From NCBI RefSeq assembly GCF_009914755.1, contig NC_060933.1: 64,000 nt of DNA; one strand, 5' to 3'. Source of the DNA: the human T2T-CHM13v2.0 reference genome, Homo sapiens. Below the pieces are notes generated by a model. That model searched no databases and was not told where the DNA came from. It saw nothing but the letters and a program-made list of their open reading frames with translations. This document shows, piece by piece, positions 14,950-28,609 of this stretch; the stretch's first letter is position 1; each line of letters begins with the position of its first letter. A program made the position numbers and the translations under genes.

Positions 14950-15290
14950 ACACAGAGCTGGTCCCTCAAAGTAAACCTCAGGGGTCATGACTGATGATTG
15001 TAGGAAGTGATGTGCTTGCTCTTCCTCAACGGGAAAGGGGGTCTGAGCCAAGCGGTGGCTCCCAGCAACCACACTGTGACCATAAGAACAGCCAGCTGCA
15101 AAACAAAGACAAGACTGAGAAGACAAAGCCGAGAGAACCACAGGGAAGCAGGACCAGGGACCAGATCATGCTGTTCCTGAAACCCGGGGGCCTCTGGTGC
15201 CTCCGTTAGAAGAGGAAATAAGCTCGCGTTGTTGTTTGAGCTGGTTAGAGCTGGATTTTACATTTTGTGCGGCCAAAGCCTCCTAACAGA
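14950..15290 (+). mobile_element. Old MaLR LTR (MLT1J/K/L-like)
   Basis: CAGCAACCACACTGTGACCATAAG...TTGTTTGAGCTGGTTAGAGCTGGATTTT...GCGGCCAAAGCCTCCTAACAGA resembles an MLT1 3' end. Confidence 0.55.
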
Positions 15291-15339
15291 GTTAGAGCCT
15301 TGCTACGGAGTCCAACTTGCATCCCAGGCTCTGGAAACC

Positions 15340-15545
15340 CTCTAACGCACGATCCTATTCATCTGCACGAGGGCCCTGTGACCTGGGAGTGATTCATCTT
15401 CCATTTTGCAGATGAGGAGACTGGGGCTTAGAGAAGCCAAGAAGCATGGCGTGGCCCGCAGCCTGGAATCCCTGGAGCCAGCATTGGATGTGGGTCTGCT
15501 TGGGCCAGAGTCCTGATCTAATTCACGCTCCCTTCCACCTGGTGC
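15340..15545 (-). mobile_element. MIR SINE
   Basis: CCATTTTGCAGATGAGGAGACTGGGGCTTAGAGA core. Confidence 0.6.
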
Positions 15546-16521
15546 TTAGGAGCCAGAGTGGCCATCCCTGGGGAGAGGAAGTGGATAAGATAAGCTGCCG
15601 GCAGCCAGGGGTCCAGACTTCCCGGCGGGGCAGGGGAAGGAGACATCACTGGGAACAAAGCTTTCACCGCTGGCCCGAATTACCTGGTCCCCCTGACAGC
15701 CAAGTGGACGGCGGCTGCCGGGAGCGTCGGTGTGAAGTGTGTGCACGCTGGGGAACAAGACACATCGGCAGCTTCCACTGATGGGAAAATAATGAGGCCA
15801 CATCGCCTGGCTGAAAAATGTACCTGTCTTCATTATTCCGGCAGAAATGAATAAAAACTTTCCATTTGAGGAATGGAGCCAATTTCCAGCACGGCGCGTG
15901 GGGAGAGGTGGGCGAAGAGAGAGCTTGGTTTGCAACTATGTGTCTTCTCAGCATGGCTGCATGGGAGGCATCCATGGAAGAAACAGGCGGTGTTCAGAAG
16001 TGATGTGGGAGAAATTCAAGGAAATATGCCATTCTGAGTTCAGCCTCCTCTGAACCTCTTCTTAAGTCTCAAATACTGCATGAGTGTCATGTGATGGCTG
16101 TAACCCCAGGAACCGAGCCCGGCTTCCAGTAGGGAAGCATGACGGGAGGTCAACAGCTGGCCCCTCTAGCTTGCCCCCCGGGAGAGGGCTTGGCTCCCCT
16201 TGGCAAGCCGAAGGGGCTTCCACGGATCCAGGGGCCAAGAAGACTCCTCGTGACCACGCACGTGGGGAGACAGCTCCACACAGAAACCCTACAGATGTTT
16301 TGCAGTCCACCCAGCGGCAAGAAGGTGCAAGTGAAATTGAGTTTTCCGCAACCCCAAAGCTCTAAGGAGAGGGTGTGAGCTGAGATTAAAGGGTGGGTGT
16401 CTGGGCCTCAAGGGTGCCCGGAGTGTGTGAGTCATGTCTGCTTGGAATGGGGCCCGGGAGCCTTCCTCTCTCATCAGAGGAAGGAGTGAGATGGTCTCCC
16501 CTTCCCGAGGACATTGTCAGG

Positions 16522-16725
16522 GGAGACCTCTTGCGTTCGGCGAATTTTTACTCAAAAGAACTGACCTATCATATCTCTTGGTTGTGTGTGCCTGTGGACC
16601 TGGGCTCGTGGGGAGGAAGGGAGCCTCTGGAGGGTTTCTTGAGGGAGGGGCTCTTGGTCCAATTTGAAAATCTTAAGCATGAATCATTAGGAAATCCCAC
16701 ACTAGCTAGGTGCATAAAGCAGAAA
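16522..16725. repeat. Inverted duplication 1, right arm (204 bp)
   Basis: Reverse-complement partner of 13192-13395; spacer 3126 bp. Confidence 0.95.
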
Positions 16726-18519
16726 GGAATCCGTGATAAATAAAAATCCATCTGTAGAGGAAAAATACCACCTTCATGAAACCCATTATGCGTGGAACAC
16801 ATGTTTCATTCTTATGAATTTCAAACTGAACGCATGACATAATCAAAGTGGAAATATGGGGGCTGAACCCTTATCCAAATCACGTCAAGGGTGTATATGA
16901 AGTTTTTCAGAGTGCCGGAATCTGGCTTTTACATCCCACACAGCTTGAAATACTTCCGAGACTGTTGGCTGGAGGAAAGTTTGGGGTCTGAGGTTTGTCG
17001 TAAGATCTGCCGTAGTCCAAACAATCTTGCTGCAAATGTCAGTGAGGACGCATTTCACAGGAAGAGTTTTTGGCCCAGCAGATGGCTTGACGTGAATCTG
17101 TGACCAGACGTCAATCGGTGGTGGCGTCACCATCAATTGGAGCCATCTGAGGTCACCGTGTCCAATGTGATGACAGGAAGAATGAAGAAGGCCAGGGAAG
17201 AGGCCCTGGCATTGAGGAGTTCCGGCCCACGTGGTCCCAGCTTGTCATGAGCCCTGCCCACTGGTCCCCAATTGGGTGGACTCCCTGGGCAGGGGAAGAG
17301 GCGGGGGTTCAGGGTTCAGGACACTCAGGTGTGGGCATACCCCCATCTCGTACAGTTGGGCAGGCACACACAGGACAGAGCTGGAGCCCCACTTCCTTGT
17401 CCCTCACCGGGGAATATCCATGCCTAGCCTTTTGTGTGTCTGCCACAGTGTGGCTGCAGGAAGGTGGTCAGGTCCTGTGCTTCCCCTCCAGGCTGGTGTA
17501 ACTGGTGACACCCGCACAGGACGGGCGACTGGACCCCCTTTGCCTACCCAGCACTCCATCCTCACAGCCGGGAGAAGCCAAGCCAGTCCCGTCGGGATTG
17601 ATCATGGGAGGCAGGGGACCCCGCTCTCCCAGCTGCCACCGCAGCAGCGCTGGTCCAGAGTGCTGCCAGCCACAGCCCTGGCCTCCCGGGCTTAGCCCCC
17701 GGGGTGGAGACAGGTCTACATTTGCATTTTACAGCAAAAGCCTCATTTCCAAATCTTTTTCACATAAGATTGCCTCTGTGGATGGAGATTTACCAGAGTC
17801 CTGAAGCCACGGATGGCTTTTAACATGATGGGAGTTCTCCGTTTTTTTACTAATTTAATTTCTGGGGCTATTAAAGGTAGCCTGAAGAAGTACCATCTGT
17901 TGAGTGGATGACAGACCAGAGGAGGAATTTCAGCAGCAAGACTGTAAATTTCCACTTGATCAGGGAACTCAGTATCTAAAATCAATTTGCGGAGGCCTTG
18001 AAATGCTTATCAGGAGAATTTCTCAGTCAGGGGCCTCCCCTTGTTCCATTTTTCATTCCAATCAATCAGCTCCCGACACCCTCAGCCCAGGGAAGGGCCC
18101 TGACACTCCATGTCCGAGCATGTTTCAGAAGTGCCTGTAGAGCCTCCATCAGAAAATAACATACGGAAGGGGGTTTATTTTTATCAAAATTCCAAGAGTC
18201 CCGAGCGTGCTTCACATAGAGAATGCCGGGCCTATTCCCACGGGAAGCGTCTCTTTCCCGCAGTGGGAGCAGCCCGCCGTGTAAGCCGGTGCCCGCCTCT
18301 ATCTCGACCCTCACCGCACAGGAAGAATCCCCTTGTCCAAAGCCCCCCTTCTCACAGGGAAGGCCAGGCTTATGCACCAGGAAGCCCTCCTCTCAGTGAT
18401 CTTGACTTCCAGTGCTCCCTACAACTCGGTCAGGACTGTTTCGTAAGCATCCACCAGTGCCAGGCGCCGGGTGGAGCAAGACAGAGTCCCTATCGCCCAG
18501 GAGCTCATGGCAAGCAGGG

Positions 18520-18852
18520 CAGCAGTGGACAAATGTCTGTGTCCCCTGAAATCCATACATTAAGACCTAAGCCCCAGTGTGGTGGGACTGGGAGGTGATC
18601 CAGTTCAAGGGTGAGCTCTCCAGGGGGGATCCGTGCCCTCATCAAAGATGCCCCAGGGAGCTGCCGTGCCCCTTCCGCCAGGGCAAGGCATGGGAGAAGA
18701 AGCCGTGTCTGAGCCAGGAGTGGATCCTCGCCAGACACCGTCCGCCGGCAGGTTGACCCTGGATGCCTGGCCTCCAGGGCAGTGGGAAAGGTGCTGTTTC
18801 TGAGCCACCCCAGCTGCCGTGTGTGGCAATGGCCGCGCCACAGACTCAGGCA
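18520..18852 (+). mobile_element. MaLR LTR, MLT1A-like
   Basis: AAATGTCTGTGTCCCCTGAAATCCATAC...GTGCCCTCATCAAAGATGCCCCAG...GCCAGACACC...TGGCCTCCAG; strongly GC-shifted. Confidence 0.7.
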
Positions 18853-19423
18853 TGGGCACAGACAAGAAACATAAACCCACATACTCGCAGGGATTGATTT
18901 CAGCCGCTAGAGTTGAACCGAAGAAAGGGAACAGCCAGGTGTGCGCAGATCTGGGAAGGGTGTTCCCCACGAGAAAACAGCAGGCACAAAGGCTGCCGTG
19001 GGAACCAGTGTGTTTCGTACAGGGGCAAGAAAGAGAAGTGCCCTGAGTTGGGGTCAGGGTGTTCGAATTGGAGACCAGATCCTCTAGGGTCCAGAGCACC
19101 ACAGGGACGAGTGGGGGACAGCAAGCCCAGCCCCAACCACAAGGGCAGGAGGGTCCTGGGGGTAACATCTGAGCTGAGTGCAGAAGGAAGAAAGATAGTT
19201 CTGGATGAGGCAGTGGGGCAGGCCCTGCTCAGACCCAGCTTTGAGAGCCAGGGCCACTTCTGGATCCTTCGCGCAGTGGCCTTGGGTGTGTGATCTCTCC
19301 AGGAGTCCTGTTCAGTCAGGAAAACAATCACTGCTACGTACTTTCAGTCAGCAGAGACAGACGAGAGACCCAAACACAGAGCAGAGAGGTCCAAGGCAAT
19401 GAAGGGCTGACAGGGTCTGCATC

Positions 19424-19858
19424 TGTGTGTGCATGTGTGAGTGTGCATGTGTGTGCACATGAGAATATACATGTGCATACAAGTGTTCGTGCATGTGTCT
19501 CCATGTGTGAGCACATGTGTGTGGATGTGTGTGTGCATGTGCATGTGTGAGTGCATGGGTGTACATATGTGTGGATGTGTGTACATGTGCCTGTGCATGT
19601 GTGTCTGTGTGAGTGCACGGGTGTGCATGTGTGCTTGTGCATGTGTGTGGATGTGTGTGCGTGTGCTTGTGCATGTGTGTGCATGTGTGTCTGTGTGAGT
19701 GCGTGGGTGTGCATATGTGCTCGTGCATACGTGCGGATGTGTGTGCATGTGCCTGTGTGAATGCATATGTGCATGCATGTGTGCTTGTGTATGTGTGCAC
19801 AGATGTGGGTGCAAGTATATGCATGTGTGTGTGCACATGTGAGAGAGACAGAGAGAGA
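19424..19858. repeat. (TG)/TGCATG-rich low-complexity tract
   Basis: About 420 bp of mostly alternating purine-pyrimidine with 15 TGCATG hexamers counted, ending in (GA)n. Confidence 0.92.
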
Positions 19859-20561
19859 AGGTTCTTCTCTACAGGTATAGGAAGTGCTTCCCTTTCCTTA
19901 CAGAGGCTGCCCCAGCTCCCACAGTTAGTTCTTGCTGCAGTCAATGCTGTAGAAATGTGCTTGGCCCTGATGCCTCGGGAGACAGGCAGCAGGAGAGACA
20001 GGCCCTGGAGGAAGGCTGGGGTGGGCAGGATGGCTGACCAGTGCTGCCAAAGCAGGGTCCCAGAGCGGTGGTCCTGACTGAGAGTCCCAGGGCAGTTGGC
20101 AGCCTCACCTGTCTTGGGGTCTGTCCTGAGAAGGGAAACGGGAGCAGCACTGGGGAGAACATAAGTTCGGGGGTCAGACTGATGTGTGTTCAAATCTCGC
20201 CGCCTGTACAGTGGGATCCCATGGCTTTCTGCATGGGACAGAACTGAAATTGGGGAAATAAATCAGACAGTACCCGGCAGAGAGCTCTCCACACATGTAG
20301 TGCTGCTTCTGGGAGCAGCTGTCGTCCAGAGGGGGCCCACGTAGTGCACAGGGAGCCGCCCACTCGTAAGCCACAGTTTCAGCGGCTGCCCTCACACCTC
20401 CAGCTCCTGCCGGTTCTGTCATTTCGGCAGCTGCGCTCCTGCTTTCGGGGTTCTGAAGGTTTTTGACTTTCAAACCCCCTTTGAAAGGTTAATTCTTTGA
20501 GACGACTCATTCCATTAGCTCTCATTAGCTGGCTCCTCATTATCCACTAGTGCTTTCATTA

Positions 20562-21309
<748 letters not shown>

Positions 21310-21791
21310 AGCTGTGTGCCAATAAAACTTTATTTCCAAAACCAGACTGATGTGGCCTATGGGCCATGGTTCGCTGACCCCTGTACTGTGGCATTTAACC
21401 TTCAGCACATCCCTGGAAGCATCTATGATGCCTATCTTGCTGCTAAGCTGCCTGAGACTCAGGCAGATCCCACAACTGGCCATCATTACACAACCAGTGA
21501 AGGGAAGGGCAGCCGGGAGTTTCAGCCATCACTGTCCCTGCCAGCCGGCTCACCTGCTTGAGCCACTGCTGAGGCTGGCCCCATACCCTCTCCTTTCATT
21601 ATCAACCAAGCTCCTTGGATTTCTCAGTGTTATCCAGAGAATCAGAGGCAACAGCATATATTTAGAGAGAAACCTACCACAAGGAATTGGCTCTCCTAGT
21701 TTTGGAGTTCAGGAAGTCAAGATCTGCAATCAGCAACCTAGAGAACCAGGAAGCCAGTAGTGTGCAGTCTGACCCATGTCCAAGGGCAGAA

Positions 21792-22199
21792 TGAGGCAGG
21801 AAGTGGGACTCGACTCAGGAGGCAGGGCTTGGACATCAGACCTAATTGAGAACTAGTGAAAACAGGGATGGAGCCAAAGCACCTCTCCATCAGACCCACC
21901 CACCAGTGTCCAGTGTCCATGTCAGTTTACTATTGCCATGGCAACACTCAGAAATTATGGCCTATTTCTAGAAACGTTTAATTTGTGCATAGTTAAAGTG
22001 AGTATAAATATGACTGCAGAATGGCCTCTGAGCTGCTGCTCTAGACACACCTATGGGGAGCCCTGCTGAGCAAAGAGCAGCACCTCAGCGTCAACAGAAG
22101 TTGCTAACACCACCAACTCACCCTTGAATTCCTTCCTGGGTGAAACCAAGAACCCTCTCAGGCTAAGCCCCAATCTTGGGGTTGACCTGCTTTGCATCG
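21792..22199 (+). mobile_element. MER41-family solo LTR (ERV1)
   Basis: Starts TGAGGCAGGAAGTGGGACTCGACTC, contains TTGCCATGGCAAC and GCTAAGCCCCAAT, ends TGCATCG. A 4-bp TSD AGAA lies at 21788-21791 and 22200-22203. Confidence 0.8.
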
Positions 22200-22228
22200 A
22201 GAAGACCAACAACCCCACTCAAATGCAG

Positions 22229-22562
<334 letters not shown>

Positions 22563-23334
22563 TGAACCTCATCCAGGATACTCTGTGACACACACACCCA
22601 GAACCATGCTTGGCCAAATATCTGGGCACCGCATGGCCCAGTAAAGCTGATAAATGAAATTAACTATTACACTCCTGCAGGAGGCATTGCTATAATTATT
22701 GTGATCATTATTAATGATTCCATTTTGCAGATGAAGGATTGACCCTTCAAGGGTTCAGGAGCTTGTCCAGGGCTTTGGGGCTACCAGGCTGGGAGCTGCA
22801 ACCAGTTCAGCATCTCCTCTCCCCAGCTGCTTCCTCAACCTGCACCAGTCAGCCTCAGAAACCCCGGGGGTGGAAGTGTGACTTGGGAGGTGGCGGGGAC
22901 GCCCCTGCGGCACCCACACTTTGCTTTTCCATTAGGGCAGTTCTGTGAGGACCCCTCAGAGCCCACTCCCTGTCAGATGCTGGCAGCTTCCGAGGGGCCA
23001 GGCAGAATCTCCTGCCTTAGGAGCGGGCTTTATTTTTCCTCTCTTCTAGTTCAGGCTGGAGATTTAATGGTTCCCTCTCCTCCTCTCATCCTGTGAACTC
23101 ATCCTCTTCAAACCACACACAGTGGTTCTCAGCCCCTACCGGCACCCAGCTCCATGGCTGGCCCTAAGGAGGGCAGCTGGGAGGGGAGGCGTGGCCGGGG
23201 CATTGAGGAGAGCAAGGGGGAGCAGACTTGGCTTGGGCTAGCAAGCATGTGGAGATGATGCGTGTTGTGGGAGCTGCCTCTGTGCCCTAATGCGCTCTCT
23301 CCAAGAACCGGGTCTCAGGGGTCCCACGGGCACC

Positions 23335-23832
23335 GTCTCCCAGGCAGTCCATCACAAAGTACCACAACTGACCGGCTCAGCATAACAGAAATCCATTTTG
23401 TCACCGTTCTGGAGGCCAGAAGTCCAAAATCTAGGTGTCGGCAGGGCTGGTTCGTCTGCGGGCTGTGAGGGAGAAGGGCTCCCAGGTTCTCCCGGCTTCT
23501 GGTAGCCACCAGCATCCTTGTTGTTCCTGGGCTGGCAGATGCTGCCCCAGCCTCTGCCTCCCACTTCCATGTGTCTGTGTGTGTGTGTGTGTGTGTGTGT
23601 CTGTGTGTGCATGTGTCGTCTCCTCTCTGCACAAATCTCAGTGTCTTCTGCTCCTCTGTAAGGACAGCAGTCATGTTGCATTAGGGACACACCGTATGCA
23701 GTCTGACCTCATCTTAAGTAACTACATTTTCATGACACCTGCCAAGACCCCATTTCCAAATAAGATCACATCCACAGGTACCAGGGTTAGGGCTTCAACA
23801 TGTCTTCAGGGGGATTTAAATCACCCACAACA
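23335..23832 (-). mobile_element. MLT1C-like LTR with internal (TG)n
   Basis: CAAAGTACCACAACT...TTCTGGAGGCCAGAAGTCCAAAATC...TAAGGACAGCAGTCAT...GACCCCATTTCCAAATAAG...GGTTAGGGCTTCAACAT. Confidence 0.8.
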
Positions 23833-26800
23833 AACTGATATGTGAGTTTCTCAAGCGTTTCCAATACTGGCTTCAGCTCAGGGTCCCTGTGCCTGGCTCT
23901 GGTCAGGGCATATGACAGGTGGGAGTGACAGTGTGGCCTTGGCCGTGGGGATCCACTAGCAGCCCCTGTCCCCAGGGAGACAGGAGCAGGATCAGGGGTG
24001 GGACTCAGGGACTCAAGACGCTGTCATGGCCAATGCACTGGGCTGAGGAGAGAACACAGGGCCTCCCTGCCCACCTCCTGGCCGGCTGGTTAGTGACAAA
24101 ACCTGGTCAGGAGCCTGTGAAGGTCAAGGGCACAAGTTGCCTGCGCCTCGATGGAATGCCACTGGACTGTTCAAGCAGTGTGGTGCTGTCTGGAGAACAG
24201 TGTGGCCACCCTCTGCCGCTGGCCCCTGACTCTTAAGGCTGCTGCTCTGGGAGGGAGGCCCATGGGATGATTGGCCTTCACGTCATGGCAGCTGGTCAGC
24301 AGCACTCAGGGATGAACCCTCTGCTCTCCAGCCACGCCTTCTCCCCTAGCGTGGGAAGCTCGTCAGTTGATTCCAGCCCCAGCACTTACCAAGTTCCTTC
24401 AGTGGCCAGGTCTGTGCTGGGCGCTGAACAGATCAGAGGGTCCCGAGACAGGCACTGCCCATCAACACCTTAGGGAGGTGCTGTGTGTTGCTGGGACATA
24501 GCCATGCCCAGGAGGCTCCGGCCACCCCCAGCAGCCTGTCTGCATCCCAGACTGTGGGCATGAGCTCCTGACTTCACCCAAGGCCTCAGAACACATTCTT
24601 TGCTGGTCTCACAAGCACGGGTCTTCCAGAACATTTCCCCAGCACTGACATCAAGCAACTCAGGCATCTTCACAAGCGTGCAGTTCCCCGCCTTGCACTG
24701 GGTCACTCTGAGCTAAGAAACATTCCTCTAGGTTCATGTTCTCAGGGCTTCCTGGTGGCTGCCCCTCCTGGGGGTCCAGCCCATGGCCCGGGCGTGTACC
24801 TGAGAGCTCTGTGGCTTCTCCCTGACATGCGGGTAGCCTTCTGCTCACTCTCTGACCTCTCAGAGCTCCTACCATGGTTCACTGTCACCGTGGGGGCCAC
24901 TGAACATGTCAGGGCATCGGTGCCGGGTACAGTCCAGGCATAGAAACTGTTACGGAGGCACTCGATCAGCACATCAACCCTGTCTCAGAAAGGGTGCTAC
25001 TAGGGAAGCCTCAGGAGAGCAGACAGCATCGGAGCTGGGCCTTCAAGGTGGTAAGAAGGTCATCTGAACAGGGAAGGACATCTTAGGCAGAGCTGCATGT
25101 GCAGACCTGCCCAGCACGGCCAGTAGGCTCACCCTTGGTCCAGTCCACTGAAGCTGCTGGCATTGAAGGCCAGGGAACTTCTTACCTGTTTCACAGGTGA
25201 AAGGGGCTGGCAAGCCAGGTCCCCCCTTCTTGCCTTCCTTTGCCCCACTCTGACAAAACAGAGCATGGCCTTTTCTCCCCTGAGTCCCCATCAGGCCACA
25301 GTCACCCCCATCCCACCTCAGCCCCATTGCTGAGCTTCTGATACCAGGGGCTGGTTTCCAAAATCCAGGAGGAGGCTGGCTGTCCCCACAGCCCCCAGAG
25401 CCAGGGTCAGCTGGCTGTTGTCTTTCCCAGAGTTGAGCTGGGGCCGTGGCTTCCCCCCAGGGCTCTGAACAGCAAGCTCTCTTCCCAGATGATGATCCAC
25501 CCCAGAGTGACACAGCCGGTGCGTCTGGGCTCTCCTGGGGACCAAGCCTCACCCGGCAACCCAGTGGAAACCATGGCTTCTTTTCCATCCTTCTTTCTAA
25601 TGGTTTGTCATTCACGCCCTTGTTGATGCCAACATTGTAAGAGGCGGCCACGCACAGGCTTTCAGCTGTGGCATCACTGGCCATCAGCAATAACAGGCTT
25701 CCCAGCACCCAAAGCTCTGGGCCTGAGACAGGAATGACCGCATCTCTGTCCCAGCGGCAGGAAGCCCCAGGTGCTCTCAGCCTGGAGTCGTTGAGGATAC
25801 TGGATGGCAGCTCCCACCTTTGCAGAAACCCTGTAATGTGGATATTGTGTGGTGTCGTCTCACCCGGACGTTCCCTAAGCCTTGGAGTGACCCCTTCCAG
25901 CGCCCTTTCCGGCTGTCAGAGGAGGCTCCACGGTGTGGGGCGGGGCCGCAGAGCCCAGGGCACCATGCACGGCCCAGGAGGACTCCAGAGGAACATCAGC
26001 GCTGCCTCGTACCACGAGCTCATCTTCCTCCAATCCTGTCTCTGCGACCGGCGGGGCCGCACTCATCCCAACAACCCACAGAGGTGCAGCAGGCCCCAGA
26101 CAACTCCCGGGAGGGGGTCTTGCTGACAGCCAGTGGGGCAGGGCCCCTGGTCTGGACAGGCCCATCTGCAAGACTGTTGGGGGCACACGGCCCAGCCCCT
26201 CCTGCCCCACCCCAGCATCTGCGGCACGACAGCACCGGTGCTGGAATAATCCATCGCTCCTTGCCACATGCCAGGGTCTGCAGTGTCAGGGGTCACTCTG
26301 GGAGGCACGAGTGGATGTGGGCACCATAGTCACAGATGATGAAGGGCCTGTGAGGCCTGGAGATAGTACCCAGAAATCTTTCACATCCAAGGACCTTGGA
26401 TTTCTTTAGTCCGAAACAAGAAAAAAATCATATCCACACACCAGTCCACCCTGGGTCCATTACATTCAGGTATGCCCGAAATGAGCTGCCAAGAACTCCC
26501 TGGGGAAGGGCACGAGGCAGGAGCCCACCTTCCTTGTCCAACGGACTGCAAACAGGGTCTTGTGGGGACCCCCGGTCACCAGGACACACCACAGTTCTGT
26601 GTCTCCAGAACACGTGTCCCTGTGCTCCTCCCTGGCTCCACAGCCTGCAGTGGCTCCCAGCTGCTCTTAGACACATTCCCCAACTTTCTACAGCCTGGAA
26701 CTGACAGCACAGTCTGACTCCCTCTCCCCACATGTGTGTTCGTCCAGGGTCTCCAACCTTTCTCATGCCACACACACACACACACACAGGACGTAAGAGG

Positions 26801-27026
26801 TGTGTGGCATGCCAGGGTGAATGATCGAGGCAGTGAGAGGGCAGAGGTGTGGGCTCTGCCATTGAAATCCTGGTTTCTTTTCCCCACTGGGTGTGGACTT
26901 GGGGGAAAGCTGGAGGCCACTTACATTGGCCTTTCAGCTCCTGGAAAACACCAAGCACTTTCCTGACCCACACAAATATCTTGTAGATGCTGTATCCTCT
27001 ACTGAGACTGTGGTTCTGCTCATCTT

Positions 27027-27670
27027 ACATGCATACCTGTACGCATGGACACATGTCTGTCCACCTCACATGCAAACCTGTACACAATGGACACATGTCT
27101 GTCCACCTCACATGCAAACCTGTACACATGGACACATGTCTGTCCACCTCACATGCAAACCTGTACATGTGGACACATGTCTGTCCACCTCACATGCAAA
27201 CCTGTACATGTGGACACATGTCTGTCCACCTCACATGCAAACCTGTACACATGGACACATGTCTGTCCACCTCACATGCATACCTGCACACGTGGACACA
27301 AGTCTCTTCATCTGACATGCAAACTTGTACACATGGACATGTCTGCTCATCTCACACATATACCTGTATACATGGAGACATCTGTGTTCACCTCACATGC
27401 AAACCTGTACACGAGGTGGACACATGTCTGTCCACCTCACATGCAAACCTGTACATGTGGACACATGTCTGTCCACCTCACATGCAAACCTGTACATGTG
27501 GACACATGTCTGTCCACCTCACATGCAAACCTGTACATGTGGACACATGTCTGTTCATCTCACATGCATACCTGTACACATGGACACATGTCTGTCCACC
27601 TCACATGCATACCTGTACATGTGGACACATGTCTGTTCATCTCACATGCATACCTGTACACCTGGACATG
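27027..27670. repeat. 41-bp minisatellite (VNTR), about 15-16 units
   Basis: Unit TGGACACATGTCTGTCCACCTCACATGCAAACCTGTACATG, e.g. starting at 27129, 27170 and 27211. Confidence 0.95.
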
Positions 27671-28609
27671 TGTGTGTGTGTAGCATATACACACCCACAC
27701 CCATACACACCCCTTTGGCTGGATAGTGCTTCAGATTTCAGTGCAAAGATTTTAGCCCAAACACTGCTCTCTGAAGCAGATTTCTCTAACCCTTGGGCTC
27801 TCTCAAGGCACCCTGCGTTCTCTCCTTCACAGCACCTCCCGCAATTGCAGCTTAACAGGGGATCCAGGAGAGGACTTCCACTCCAGCCATAAGGAAGGAG
27901 CCTGTGCCACACTGGCTCTCTTGCTGTAAACATCCGTAAGACTGGATGAAATGCTCCGTGCAATGGGTTTCAGATTAAACAACACACAGGACTGAAAGCT
28001 CTGAGAGTTGAGACATAGACCATAAGTCCCACAGCCACTGGCTATTGACCGAGGCACCTGCTGGACCCTGGGGGTCCCGCCTGCAACCTGGCTCGTAAGG
28101 TTCTCTTTTCTTAGCTATGTCCCAGCTCAAGCAGAGGAGAATGACTTTGCTGAGCTGGGGAGGCGGGACTGGAGCTCAGGCTGGTGAGGAAGCTGGAGTT
28201 TGGGGCCAGAGGCCGGAGCCCAGGAACAACGGGGCTGCGCAGAGGAGATTTGGAAATCTGCACAGGGGCCCCAGACACGTGGTTGCACATGAGGAAGCTG
28301 CTCCATGTGGCCTGCAGGAACAGCTGCTGGGGAGATTCCAAATGCTGGGAACCAGGAGCTCTCACCAGCAAGAACGGAGTTGACACGCCAGCAGGTGACT
28401 CTGGAGTAAGGGCCGCCTGCCCCAGGCACATTGAGAGAATTCATGGCCTGCACTGTAAGAAAGCTGTTCCAGGAAGCTCTTCGGGATGAAGGAATGGACG
28501 CCAGATGGAAATTCCCATCTGCAGGAAGGAGTGAGGAGTCCTGCATGGGAAAATGTGTAGAAAACCATGAAAGGGGTGTTTTTTCTCCTCTCAGTTTCTT
28601 GAAAAGACC

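Noticed and set aside
21965-21974. STAT1 GAS site in MER41 (interferon-inducible enhancer)
   Set aside because: TTCTAGAA has 2-bp spacing, not TTCNNNGAA; I saw no canonical GAS in this copy.
26893-27892. Cys/His-rich repetitive ORFs resembling metal-binding proteins
   Set aside because: The 41-bp VNTR (not a multiple of 3) yields the same peptides in all frames.
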